A stretch of 64,000 nucleotides of DNA, taken from Raja brachyura. Lineage: Eukaryota. The stretch covers positions 87,668,001 to 87,732,000 of the forward strand of contig OY740785.1 of assembly GCA_963514005.1 (NCBI GenBank). Reading direction: 5' to 3'. Of this stretch, positions 12,388-23,943 are shown one piece after another. Numbering within the stretch: the first letter of the stretch is position 1; every line of letters begins with the position of its first letter. The notes beneath the pieces were generated by a model. That model was not told where the DNA came from. It worked only from the letters and a program-made list of their open reading frames with translations, and made no database searches. Position numbers and translations under genes: made by a program.

Positions 12388-12560
12388 CCATAGAAAATAT
12401 GTGCAGGTGTAGGCCGTTCGACCCTTTGGGCCAGCACCGCCATTCAATATGATCATCCCTGATCATCCAGAATCAGTACCCCTTTCCTGCTTTTTCCCCC
12501 ATATCCCTTGATTCCGTTAGCCCGAAGAGCTATACCTAACTCGCTCTTCAATACATCAAG
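12388..12560 (-). mobile_element. CR1 LINE 3' end
   Basis: Reverse complement of the CR1 3'UTR with TTTTCTATG tail. Confidence 0.85.
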
Positions 12561-13609
12561 CTATTCTTTTAAATATAACAGATTCCAATTTTTAGAAATT
12601 GACAGCTTCAAATGGGTATTTATCAACATCTTTAACAGTTAAAAAGTAATATAGAATGTGGAGGTCCAATATACTTTTGTATGAAAGTAAATTGAAAATA
12701 TCTGCTTTATAATATGTTAAAATCATATACTTTGCATGTGCTGACCTGAATGCTTTCAGATAGAACTAGCACTTACGTTAAACTTAGCATGAATATATAA
12801 CACATTTCACGTATTTCATGAAGTTCATTCAAAATAGTAAGTTATCCATTATGGTGACTCCAGTAATTAATTGGAAATTAGTGCTTTGACAGAAGCTGTT
12901 GATATTTTCTGGAATGTTAATCTTTCTACATAATCAATAATTATCTATTATCTTTCTGGCAGCAGTTTTAGAAATAGAAGACCCAAAACAGCATACTCAA
13001 TCCTTTAATTCCAAGCACCTGCTTTCACCACATTCTCTGATAGCACAACTTAACAAAATCTTCCTGATTTGGTCTCAAAAGTTCCAACTGCCTGAACAAC
13101 TATTGCCTTTTGGGAAATAGACAGCTAAATCATGTGAAAAAACATGCTTTCCTCATTTATTCCTGATTTAAGTCTAATTTTGCCCCCTAATCTATGTTCC
13201 CCATACCCAGGAAATACCTTCTCAGTATCTACTCTATCGAATCATGTAATTAGCTAGGGATGACCATCCATCAACTGTAACATGGGAATATAGCTCAAGT
13301 TTATGTAATCAGTCCCCAGGATTTAACAGTGTAATGAAATTACACCAGATTCCAGGTCAATCGTATTCTCAACACACTCAAATGCAGCAGTCCGTCTAAA
13401 ACCGAATTGGGCTGTGTACACCAAGTCAAAAGCAAAAAATGCTGGAAACACTCGATAAGTTTGGACGGTCTGCGGAATTAGAAATATTTAACGTTTTGTA
13501 TTGTCAGAATTGGGAAGGAAATACAAGTTTTCTGGAGTTAAAAAAAATCATTTTCTGTACACTGAACCATTATACCTTACCTTTTCTCATTTAAGTCCAC
13601 TTGCTTTGT

Positions 13610-13896
13610 TTGTTTACTACTTAGGAAACAGGCGCTTTGGCCCACCGGGTTTGCGCTGACCAACAATCACTCATACACTAGTTCTATCCTACACACTAGG
13701 GACAATTTACAGAATTCAATTAACCTACAACCTACAGGTCTTTGGAATGTGGGAGGAAACCAGATCACTCTGAGAAAACCTACTGATCACAGGGAGAATG
13801 TACAGACTCTGTACAGACAGCACCCGTAGCCAGGATCAAACCTGGGTCTCTGGCGCTGTAAGCCAGCAACTCTACTGCTGTGCCACTGTGCCGCCC
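13610..13896 (-). mobile_element. V-SINE (HE1-like)
   Basis: Minus strand GGGCGGCACAGTGGCACAGCAGTAGAG...GGTTTGATCC plus V-domain. Confidence 0.85.
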
Positions 13897-14404
13897 AGAT
13901 CTGTGTTTTATCTTAATAACTGTGCTATAGTTTTACTAAATGTAAGCATCCCTCCCAGCTTTTGCCATGAAGGAATTATTCTAATTGTATTTTATTAAAC
14001 CAATGTAAATTACTTCATACTTCTACACATAAAACTCTACCCACCATTTAGTTTTGCCGTGCCATTTTAACTGCTTTATGCCTTTAGTATTTATCGAAGT
14101 ATGCACGGCTTGAACGAGGATGCAGAGAGGCTTCAGGAGAACATGGATGCACTCAATGAATGGGCAAAGGCATAATGTTGAAAATTTGACATCATTTACT
14201 TTGGCAGGCAAAATAGAAAGTCACTGTACTTTTTTTTAATGAACGGTGTTGCTGTTAAGAGTGACACGGATTTCCTTGTACATGAATCACAGCAAATGGA
14301 AAGACAAACAATTCGGTTGCTTTTGAGTACAAGAGTAAACATGTTTCACTGTAATTATAGACTGATCTTTTGCTATGTGTGTTAGTGTGGATCAATCGTA
14401 AACA

Positions 14405-16708
14405 TGGTGTCAGAAGATTAAGCCATGTCTCCGACTCTTTTGCCTGAATTTATTTTAGTTTTTTTTACAACGAACCATCGCTCTCTTATTATGGCAGCTT
14501 ATTATTATCTCTTATTCGTAAACCAGATCCTTTGGTGTTCGATAGCAAACTTGCCGAATATTGGCGCATTTTCGAAGTGGAATTCTGAATTTTCATAGAT
14601 GCTGCACACCCAGGGGCTGCTCCCCTCACTGTTGCATCAATTCTCCTCAACATAGCAGGCACAGAGGCTGCCCTGCGGGCACAGGATTTTCACTACACCC
14701 CAGAACATACCGATGCGGTAACACATGTTGTGACCCCGGCAGAGTCCATCAGAGACACCACCTGCGCACCTCCAGCCACAAGTTTTTTCCCCGCAGCCAA
14801 CAAGAAAGCGAGACGGTCGAATCTTACGTTGGAGGCCTGAAGAGCATTGCTGCAAGATGCCACTTCCAAGACCGCGACATCCTCATTCGCGGCAGACTCG
14901 TATATGGCATCCTGACAAGGTGACAAGGTGAGAAATGAACTACTCCAGGATGAGGAGCTTACACTAGATAAGGTTGAACGTGTCAGCCGGGTTGCAGAAT
15001 ACACTGACACACGTATCAAAGCCCTGGGACCGGGACCACAATCTGCTTACAATGTCCATGACATCTATGTGTCCCTTCGACAACCGCCTACAGCCCCAAG
15101 GAGGGTAACCTTTTTAGCGTTTGTTTAAAGTTTGTTTAAATGTTCTTCTGTTTGTTTTATGTGGGGGGAGGGTCGGGGGAACCCTTTTTTTTTCAGGTTC
15201 TCACCTTCCCGGAGATGTGATCAAGATTCGGATCACCTTCTCCGGGCACTGCGGCCTACCATCGATGCCTCAGATTATCGTGAGCCCCACCACGGGGTGC
15301 GGACTCACAATCGGAGCGGATCCCTTGCCTAGGATCGTTCCCACCACAGCATGCGCACTTACCACCAAGAGCTCGCAGTCTCGGGAGATGCTAGTCGGGA
15401 GCTCCAACGCCCGAGGCGAGGTTTGATCGCCCAGCGCAGTGGAGCTGACATCCCCCCGATGCGGGAGCTGAACGCCTCGACGTGGAGGGCTCGAACGCCG
15501 CCGGCTACGGGAGTTAAGACCATCCCGTCAACAGGCCCCCGACCAAGGAAGACAAGTCTAAAACCATTGCCATCAACAAAATGCCAACACCTATGGACGT
15601 GACAGCTCTACAATGATTTCTAGGTATGGTATTTCTACCTGGGAAAGTTCATCCCAAACTTCAGGGAGCTGTCAGACCCACTGCGACAACTGACCCACAA
15701 GGATACACACTGGTCCTGGCGCCAGCACCAGCAGAGGGCATTTGAAACCCTCAAACAACTAATGTCTTGCGTTCCAACCCTCACATACTTCGATGCCGAG
15801 TTTAACCGTCACCCTCACCTGCGATGCGTCCCATCATGGAGTGGGCGCCATTTGCCTACAAGACGACGGGAAGGGTCCCAAACCTGTTGCCTATGCCTCC
15901 CACACCACTGCCGACATTGAACAGCGCTATGCTCAAATTGAGAAGGAGCTACTCGCAGTAAGTTTAGCCTGCAAGAAATTCAAGGAATTTACCTTTGGCA
16001 ACCCGATCACGGTTGAAACCGATCACCAGCACCTTGTCGGTATCCTCAGTAAACTGATCCACACGGCACCAGCGTGTTTACAACGCATGATGATGGAACT
16101 ACAGAGATATGACATCAGACTAACCTACAAACGCAGTAAAGACATGCACTTAGCTGACACCCTTTCATGGGCACCTCGCCCAACCTGCGATAAACACCTG
16201 TCTGATGATGAGCATGAGGGATACACGATTATGATGGTCTCCTGCCTTCCATCCACGGGCTTAGACATCCTAGTGGCACAAACAGCTGCAGACGAAATGC
16301 TACAATCGCTGGCCACTGTCATCCGCCATGGCTGGCCAGACAAACAGCACCACCTGCCGCAGGCTGTCCGCCCATTCTACCCTGTCCGCGACGAATTGGT
16401 CATTCAAGACGGCATTATAATGAAAGGACATAAGGCAGTTATCCCGAAGTCACAGCAAGTACTTCGATATTGTCAATGGGGGCAATCCTGCTGCAGACAT
16501 AACCCCCCAACTTGCAAAAGGAATGCTTTTCTGGCCTGACATGGCTGACTACATTCTCGAGAAAGTTGCTGCCTGCCCGATTTGCAATAGCCTGACCCCG
16601 CACCAACAGATACAGACACTTCTCCCGCACCGGGCCTATCCTGGTCCACAGTAGCAGCCAACATCTTCGAGTGGCACGGCAAACAATATCTGTTTCTAGT
16701 CGATTCCT
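14405..16708 (+). mobile_element. Ty3/Gypsy LTR-retrotransposon internal region, decayed (PBS, gag, RNase H, integrase start)
   Basis: PBS TGGTGTCAGAAG at 14405; gag-like RSQQESETVESYV..L...A..C.F; RNase H CDASHHGVGA...YAQIEKELLAV...ETDHQ; integrase WSTVAANIFEWHGKQYLFLVDSYS; frameshifts; foreign GC-rich insert at about 15100-15550. Confidence 0.92.
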
Positions 16709-17107
16709 ACAGTGGCGGAAATCCTGGGGGGGCCAGGGGGACGTCCCCCCCCCCCCGTTTTGAGAGGTGGGGGTACAGTCCCCCCCCAATTTTTTGTAAT
16801 CCGGATTTTAAAACACGGTGAAATCTTAGTTTTCCGCGAGACTGGGGGTGGGACTGATGATCGAGGGCGCCGATTGGACGAGAGAGACGTCGGTCAGCAG
16901 GCAATGGGGGCGGAACAGGATGATTGAGTGCGATGATTGGAGGAGGAGGAAGGTGTCCGTCAAAGGCAGAAGTGGGGGGGGGGGGGGGGGGTGCGATTGA
17001 GGATATAGCGGGGCGATTGGAGGAGAGAGACGTGCCCAGGTCATAGGGTTACAACGGCAGTCCTGTAATCTTTGGTCCTGGACACCAAAGCTAGGATCTC
17101 CGCTATA
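16709..17107. mobile_element. Probable hAT-like MITE with G/C homopolymers
   Basis: Imperfect TIRs TGGCGGAAATCCTGG / CTAGGATCTCCGCTA; internal repeated CGATTGGAxGAGAGAGACGT; long G run near 16973-16991. Confidence 0.5.
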
Positions 17108-17161
17108 GGATCAATCGTAAACAAACTAGGAAGAAGATCTTGGGTGCAGTTGATTACCAAC

Positions 17162-17401
17162 CTGCCATCCAGAATTGGAGTGCCTTACTGGTTCTTCAAC
17201 ATCAACGCCTGTCAGCTCTTCAAAGCTGAAACTTAAGCTGAAAGTTTCCTGTGGACAATGTCCTTGAACTTCAGGGTTTCCTGCATAATCGCTGTTAGTT
17301 GCATGAAGGCTGGTGCGATCGGTTTGTGCTGGAACATTTTCACCGGCAGCTCGTATTTCCTCTTGAAGTACTTGAGTATCCAAATGCCGCATTTCAAACA
17401 C
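17162..17401 (-). CDS. KIDINS220: KIDINS220 penultimate exon (VFEMRHLDTQ...FSFEELTG...RHSNSGWQ)
   Basis: 240 nt, phase 0/0; ORF 17126..17431. Confidence 0.95.
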
Positions 17402-17499
17402 CTTGAAAAAGATCAAAGAAATGGATTCCAATTTTTATTTTCTTAATGAGATGCAATATATTCAATTACTAGGCAAAATTGCAATTTCACTATTGGATA

Positions 17500-18275
17500 A
17501 GGGTGCAGTCCATCCAGTCCAGATGACTTATCCACCTTCAGTCCTTTCAGCTTCCCAGGCACCTTCTCCTTATTAATAGCCACTCCATTAACTTCCACCC
17601 CCTGACCCTCTTGAATTTCAGGCATTTTGCTGGTGTCTTCCACTGTGAAGAATGATGCAAAAAAGTTATTCAACTCCTCTGCCATTTCTTTATCCCCTAT
17701 TATGAGTTCTCCTGCAAAATCTTCCAGCAGTCCAATGTCCACTCTTGTCTTTTTCTTACTCTTTCTATAACTGAAGAAACTCTTGATATCGTCTTTTATA
17801 TTATTGGCCAGCTTACCTTTGATTTTCATCTTTTCTCCCCATATTGCCTTTTTCGTTACCTTCTGGCGTACTTTAAAAGCTTCCCAATCCTCTGGCTTCC
17901 CACTAATCTTTGCAATGTTATATGCCTTGTCCTTTAGTTTTTACACTGTCCTTGACTTCCCTTGTGAGCCACGGTCACCACATTCTCCGCTTAGAATCTT
18001 TCTTCCTCTTTGGAATGAAAAGATCCTGCATCTTCCGAATTATTCCCAGAGATTCCTGCCATTGGCGTTCCACCGTCATTCCTGCTGGGGACCCTTTCCA
18101 GTCAACTTTGCCCAGCTCCTCCCTCATGCCCCTTTGTTCAGCTGTAATACCAACACATTTGATTTCATCTTCTCCCTCTTGAATGGCAGGTTAAATCTTA
18201 TCATATTGTAGTCGCTATCTCCTAGTGGTTCCTTTACCTCGTGTTCCCTTATCAAATCCAGTTCATTATACAATT
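17500..18275 (-). mobile_element. CR1 LINE ORF2 internal fragment
   Basis: EPLGDSDYNMIRF, KEMAEELNNFFASFFTVED, LKVDKSSGLDGLHP. Confidence 0.9.
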
Positions 18276-18345
18276 TTCCTCTGCTTATACAAAATATAGA
18301 GTAATGCATCATGATGCAGTGATGCATCATGCATATAGAGTAATT

Positions 18346-18652
18346 CCAGGACAAGGGGTCACTGTTTAAGGATAGTCTTTTAGGACCAAGATGAGAAAAT
18401 CATTTTTCACACAGAGAGTGGTGAATCTGTGGAATTCTCTGCCACATAAGGTAGTTGAGGCCAGTTCGTTGGCTATATTTAAGAGGGAGTTAGATGTGGC
18501 CCTTGTGGCTAATGGGATCAGGGGGTTTGGAGAGAAGGCAGGTACAGGATACTGAGTTGGATGATCAGCCATGATCATACTGAATGGCGGTGCAGGCTCG
18601 AAGGGCCGAGTGGCCTACTCCTGCACCTATTTTCTATGTTTCTATGTTTCTA
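18346..18652 (+). mobile_element. CR1 LINE 3' end ((TTTCTATG)n tail)
   Basis: Nearly the same sequence as the 33685 and 62995 copies. Confidence 0.92.
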
Positions 18653-18659
18653 TCATGAA

Positions 18660-18870
18660 AAGAGGCAATTGGGCCTCCATGTTTGTGTCTCCAACTTTGG
18701 ATCAATTTTGTCAAATTTCCCTGGATCCCAAGGCCTAATCTTTTCGAACAGTTTTTCACAAGGGACCTTGTCAAAGGCTTTATTGAGGTCCACATAGACT
18801 ACATTAATCACAATGTTCTTACTGCCACACTTAGTCACCTCCTCAAAAAAATCAACCAAATTAGTCCAGC
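18660..18870 (-). mobile_element. CR1 RT fragment
   Basis: TNLVDFFEEVT...VVYVDLNKAFDKVP. Confidence 0.85.
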
Positions 18871-19021
18871 AGAAACTGTGAGGATACCAGGTGTGAATGT
18901 GCTTATACACAAAATTATTAACCTAAATTAAGTTATTAAAATTTGCAAATGAATAGGCTTAAATATGGGAATATAATGTAATCAGTTTCAAATAGTCGTC
19001 AACATTGAAAACTCATCTTAC

Positions 19022-19120
19022 CATATTTCTAAAAAGTTGCCAGTCACCAAAATTCATGCTTAGTTCTTTCTTTAGTTCATCCAGATTGCACTGAACTAAT
19101 ACTCTTCCATTAATATTTGC
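19022..19120 (-). CDS. KIDINS220: KIDINS220 exon, SAM-like region ([33 protein letters not shown])
   Basis: 99 nt, phase 0/0. Confidence 0.97.
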
Positions 19121-19452
19121 CTGAACAAACAAAAAGAACATTGCAATTGAAAATATGTAAATATCAGCAAAAATAATATTTTTAATTTAAAAGGAATCAA
19201 GGAAAATCAAAGGATCCTGGAGGGTCTAACCTCAGTAAATTCAGTTAGTTTGTGAATGATGAGCATTTACTTATCACTAAAGCATCCAAATGTCTATTAA
19301 AGTTTGTACAATAGTATGAAAACCTTTGTATAACAGACTCAATTGAGTGAGACTATATGTGATCTAGTGCTCAAACACTAATCTCTGACAAGCAGGGGAG
19401 TCACTCCACTGGAAGGTAACTTTAAAGTCATTGAACATTATGTAACTCCTAC

Positions 19453-19590
19453 CTTTTTGATAGTGCAAATGTACTGAAGCATCATTGCTTGGTCAATTCC
19501 TTCCAAATGTCTAAGTCTTTCACAAATAGCATCCACATTCATTGAACTGAGTGGGGTTGTCGTACAGGCTGCTGCAATAGAACTGGCCAC
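19453..19590 (-). CDS. KIDINS220: KIDINS220 exon, SAM-like region start (VASSIAAACTTTPLSSMNVDAICERLRHLEGIDQAMMLQYICTIKK)
   Basis: 138 nt, phase 0/0. Confidence 0.95.
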
Positions 19591-20704
19591 CTATTGGACA
19601 AGGAAACATTAAAATATGTGATTTAATAGCAGATAACCATGTCAAAATATATGATTATTTGGAAGAAATAAAACTGGAATCCATTAATGTACACTTAATT
19701 ATTCCTAAGTTAACACTGTCTTTATTATGCATTTGCATATGGGAGGAAATCTCACATGAAAACCAAATCAGGAGAAGTCTTCACAATGGCTCAGATGGTG
19801 AAACATGCTCCGAAGTTCAACATTGTATGCTGTCACATTCCAAAATAGTGAAACAGCTCAATAGATAATTTTGAATAATAAAAAGAAAATGTTGAATTGC
19901 AACCACTGCTTACTTCAAATTTCTTAGCTAAATGATTTTAATTAAACCCTTTCATTATAAAATAATACTCAATTAATCCTAAACTAAAAATAATAAAAAA
20001 GCATTAAAAGAACAGTTTTCTTTTGTCTAAATTAATGAGCTGCTTGAGGGACAGTAAAATAAGAATATTAAAATCAATGTTTTAAACCTCAACGTCCCCA
20101 AATTTTAAATCTAGATTACGAATCCAACAGCAGGGTGTGCGGAAAGTTTTCTTTGTTGGGGCCCAACAGTACTTTCAATTTTAACAGTCCCAATGCTAAA
20201 TGCATAAATGATTTGTTGATGTAACCTTATTCAGACATGTAATAGGCAGCATGAATCAGATATTGGGAAAATTTGCACTGCTGCAGTATAATTCACTCTT
20301 CTGAAATCAGAATGAAATGTGCAAGGACATTTACAGTCCTGCTGAGTATTTCTAGATGTTACCACTTCATTTCAGCTTTCAAACATCCGATATATTGTGC
20401 TTTTGGATCATTGTCCAAATGGCCTGAGATTCCTCAAAACAGATATTAGATGCTGAATGATGGAAACACATTCAATTTCTCAGTGTTGACCTCCACTTGT
20501 CTTAATTGGCAAAAATAATATTAACTATCTTTGTAATTGTGAAAGTGATGTTTCACAATTCCATGCTTTTACAGAGTTTGATGGAAGGTAACATAGTTAT
20601 AAACAATGATTTTCAACAAATGACAAAAAAACTATATACAAATTCGGCATAACAGAGTTACACAATGCACAATTCCATCACTTCAATTTCACTGCTACAC
20701 TTAC

Positions 20705-20746
20705 CTGTATCATCCATTTAAACGTCCAGCAATATTTGAAAGAACA
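20705..20746 (-). CDS. KIDINS220: Candidate 42-nt cassette exon (CSFKYCWTFKWMIQ)
   Basis: Consensus donor CAG|gtaagt; nearest upstream AG gives a 42-nt open phase-0 exon; acceptor weak. Confidence 0.35.
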
Positions 20747-21575
20747 CTACACAGTTCTAACAATCATCATGGCTAGACATTTGCAAAATGTCTATTTTGC
20801 AATATGCATACACACAAAAACACTAGATTTTAAGGTCACCAAGCTCCAAGCAAATAAAAATGAGCCAATCTCATGCCAAAGCATATGCATAATACACGGT
20901 AGTAAGCTAATTTTTCTTGACCAATGCACACACCAATGTCCCTTTCCCAATTATTTTTCTCCAGTCATGCATGTATGCAGCCGAGAAATTAGTAGTTTGC
21001 TCTCTGCAATCGATATTGCTTGTGCTAGCACAACATGAAATAATAGCATCTAATCAAATCTCCTAATTTCCTGGATTCATCCAAAGAAATTCTCTCATCA
21101 GCTCCAACTAAAAATTCGATCGTGAGCATGGTTTGAAATATGGAAGATGGCCTATATCTGCTAGACTGAGCCGTTATAATTATATTAAAAAACACTACAA
21201 TATCACTTCAAGTTATATCAAATGACCCTTTGTCATCTTTGTATAACTTAGATAATAGAGGATTCTTAGACTGATATTGGTGTCTCTTTTTGAAAAGTTT
21301 ACCACAATATGAAACGCATACTTCAGTAATGTGAAGATTTTATGTTTTACAGTAAATGTCTTCTGTTCAGTTTTGATTAAAATACGGTTGCATATTAATA
21401 ACATGTTGAAGTACTTAAAAAAAAAATCACATAACATGCAAAAGGTTTGTAAATCTGATCTGCAAGCAATCTTGGGATTAGTAAAACAGCATAACACAAA
21501 CTTAATAATTCAGCATCACATATATCTGCTGCATGAATTATTTCACTCCAGGAGCAGACAGGGTTATTTTTGTAC

Positions 21576-21590
21576 CTGCTTTAATTTAAG
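21576..21590 (-). CDS. KIDINS220: Candidate 15-nt microexon (LKLKQ)
   Basis: tttctctttttttttcctatgcag|CTTAAATTAAAGCAG|gtacaa; phase 0/0. Confidence 0.55.
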
Positions 21591-23089
21591 CTGCATAGGA
21601 AAAAAAAGAGAAATACAAAATGCAATGAAAGACATCAGAGAAGAAGAACTGAAAGACAAACGAGAATGCTTTTCAGTTATTTTCTTTCTAATTAAGTCAA
21701 AGTGGAAGTTTCCACTTAATTTACAACTCATTTAGTAATGGCACACAATGTACTGCGTGCCAATCCACAAAACAATATGTTTTGGGGCCATATTTTAATA
21801 CTTTTAAAGCACACTATGCACATCTCTTTAAATGAGATAACAAAAACCAGTCAGTTAAGAAATGTCAATTTTTCCAAAAACTAACAAAGGATACCAAAAT
21901 ACCATGCCATTTGTAAAATAAAGTCTCTTTAACACCCAAGTTTACTTATGTACAGAAAATAATAATGGCAAACATAAACTAAGAACAAAAATGCCTGGGA
22001 TATTACAGAATTACTTGAGTGGTTACTTGAGTACTTAATTACATTAAATACAAGTTTGGAATATTTGCAGCTCAAAGAGCATTCAAAATTTGTACAAATA
22101 ATTTTATTTTGATAAATTTGAATTTGAAGATTTGAAAATTAATTCATGCAGAATCTATGTAATAATAACAGGATATAATTATTGACATTCTTGTATTTTA
22201 TTTGTGAATGCTAATATCTCTGTCATTCTTAAGTTATTACTTACAACATATGAAAACATTGTTGCAACATTTACAGAGGGGCATTCAAAAATTATAAAAT
22301 GTCGATTTGTTAATGTATAAAAAAGGTTATTATTTTCTGAAAATAATTTGGGCAGACAAGAAAGTTAATTCATGTAAATGTAGTCTATGGTCATGTATAA
22401 TAGTGCGCAAGATAGATAATTAATAATGCAATTCATCAAAGGAAAGTAGGGACTTTGACAATTAGAATCCCATTGGGGGCAAGGACCTAATGTACGTTGT
22501 TATAATTGGTATTAAATCCAGTCAGTATGTGAGATATTCTGTCATTTGGTCAAAGTAACATGCTAAATAAAAGGAGAAATGTCAAAAAGCAAAAGGAAAA
22601 ATGAAAAGATTTCAGCCGGTTAATGGGTTTTCATAAAAATGAAAGCTTTGGGCATGATCTACAGAATTGTACATACAATAGCAAAATATTACAGTATATT
22701 AAATGGACATTTTTTAAGCACATGGTGTTTAAATAATGTGATTTAGGAATTTTCCTCCCTTTTCAAACTTTCCAAAAGCCAGGGGTTTGTACCAAAGTAT
22801 GGGGTGGGAGACTGAAACCTTCACGTGGTCTGCCCTGTTTCGACAAATGCAATCAACCCAGCGTGCACAATTAAATAAGATCAAATAGTTGTCCAACAAC
22901 TTTATGCAGTGCACGCCTTACACAAGAAGAAGAAGTACCAAAGTACAACTACACAGGGGATAATGACTGCTTTGTCCTTTTGTCACCCTGTGGGGCCTAA
23001 CGGTGTGAAACTGGATTGTGATTGCTGATTGGCCATAATAGTTTATTTTGATCTTACCTCAAGATTTACATTTTTTTCAATATGCAAAA

Positions 23090-23943
23090 TAGGAAGACAT
23101 GCCCAGCAGGTCAGGCTGGGCACATTCTCCACTCCCAGAGATAAAACTAAAACAAAACAAATCAATAAGCTGAACCAATATCGCTGATGGATACACGGAG
23201 GGAGGCAGTTGAACAACTGATATGGACAGAAATCAAGTAACCCACAGTTGCAGAATTCAACAATGAGTCTAGAAGGCAACAATGTGCCCACGCAAAAAAA
23301 AAAATGTTCCTCAAGTTTGTGTTCTTCTCGCTCTCGAGCTATCCTCGTGTGTGATGGATGGGTAATGGAATTGTACATCCACAATAAAGATGAAACTTTT
23401 GGGGCCAGGGAATTGGAAACGGTCAAAGTGGCAAAGAGTATCTGAAGTGTCATGGATATAAATAGGAAGCAACTGGGCCAGAGGAGAAAGGATTTATCAA
23501 GGTAGGAAGAAATACGTTTGCTGGGGCAACAAACAGCAGACTGAAGCAATGGGACTGTCAAGACAATCCTGCTTGTGGACTGTGGGCAGGAGATAGAGGC
23601 ACGCTGTGTGGGGCAGGAACACTACAAGGTTGGAAGCTGTGGAGGGACAATCTCCTGAGGAATTGAGATGCATGAATATCTGGGTAACCATGGCCTGATT
23701 TTCAATGGCAGGATCATGATCCAAAAGGAGAAACTTGATGGAGGCTGACATTTTGGCCTCGGCATGATAGAGGTTAGTTAGCCTGACCACAACAGAACCA
23801 CGTTTGTAGGTGAGTTTCATGACAATATCACGATTGGTTCTTATTGAATGTAGTGTTGCAAGTTCAGAAATGTTAAGGTCAGAGCACTCTTGGGAAGTGG
23901 AAAGGTCAAGATGGTCAATGTTGCACTGGCTACATAAAGACAC
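23090..23943 (-). mobile_element. Penelope-like element relic (RT N-part joined to ORF C-terminus)
   Basis: LHSIRTNRDIVMK..KRGSVVV, LYLLPTVHKQDC..PI, VDVQFHYPSI, then KLEEHFFFCVGTLLP. Confidence 0.8.

Noticed and set aside
17500-18652. Twin-priming inversion of a single CR1
   Set aside because: The two pieces come from distant parts of ORF2, appear to differ in age, and no shared TSD was found.
22729-22914. Possible extra exon near 22820-22860
   Set aside because: Donor-like AAG|gtttca is weak and there is no suitable upstream acceptor AG.
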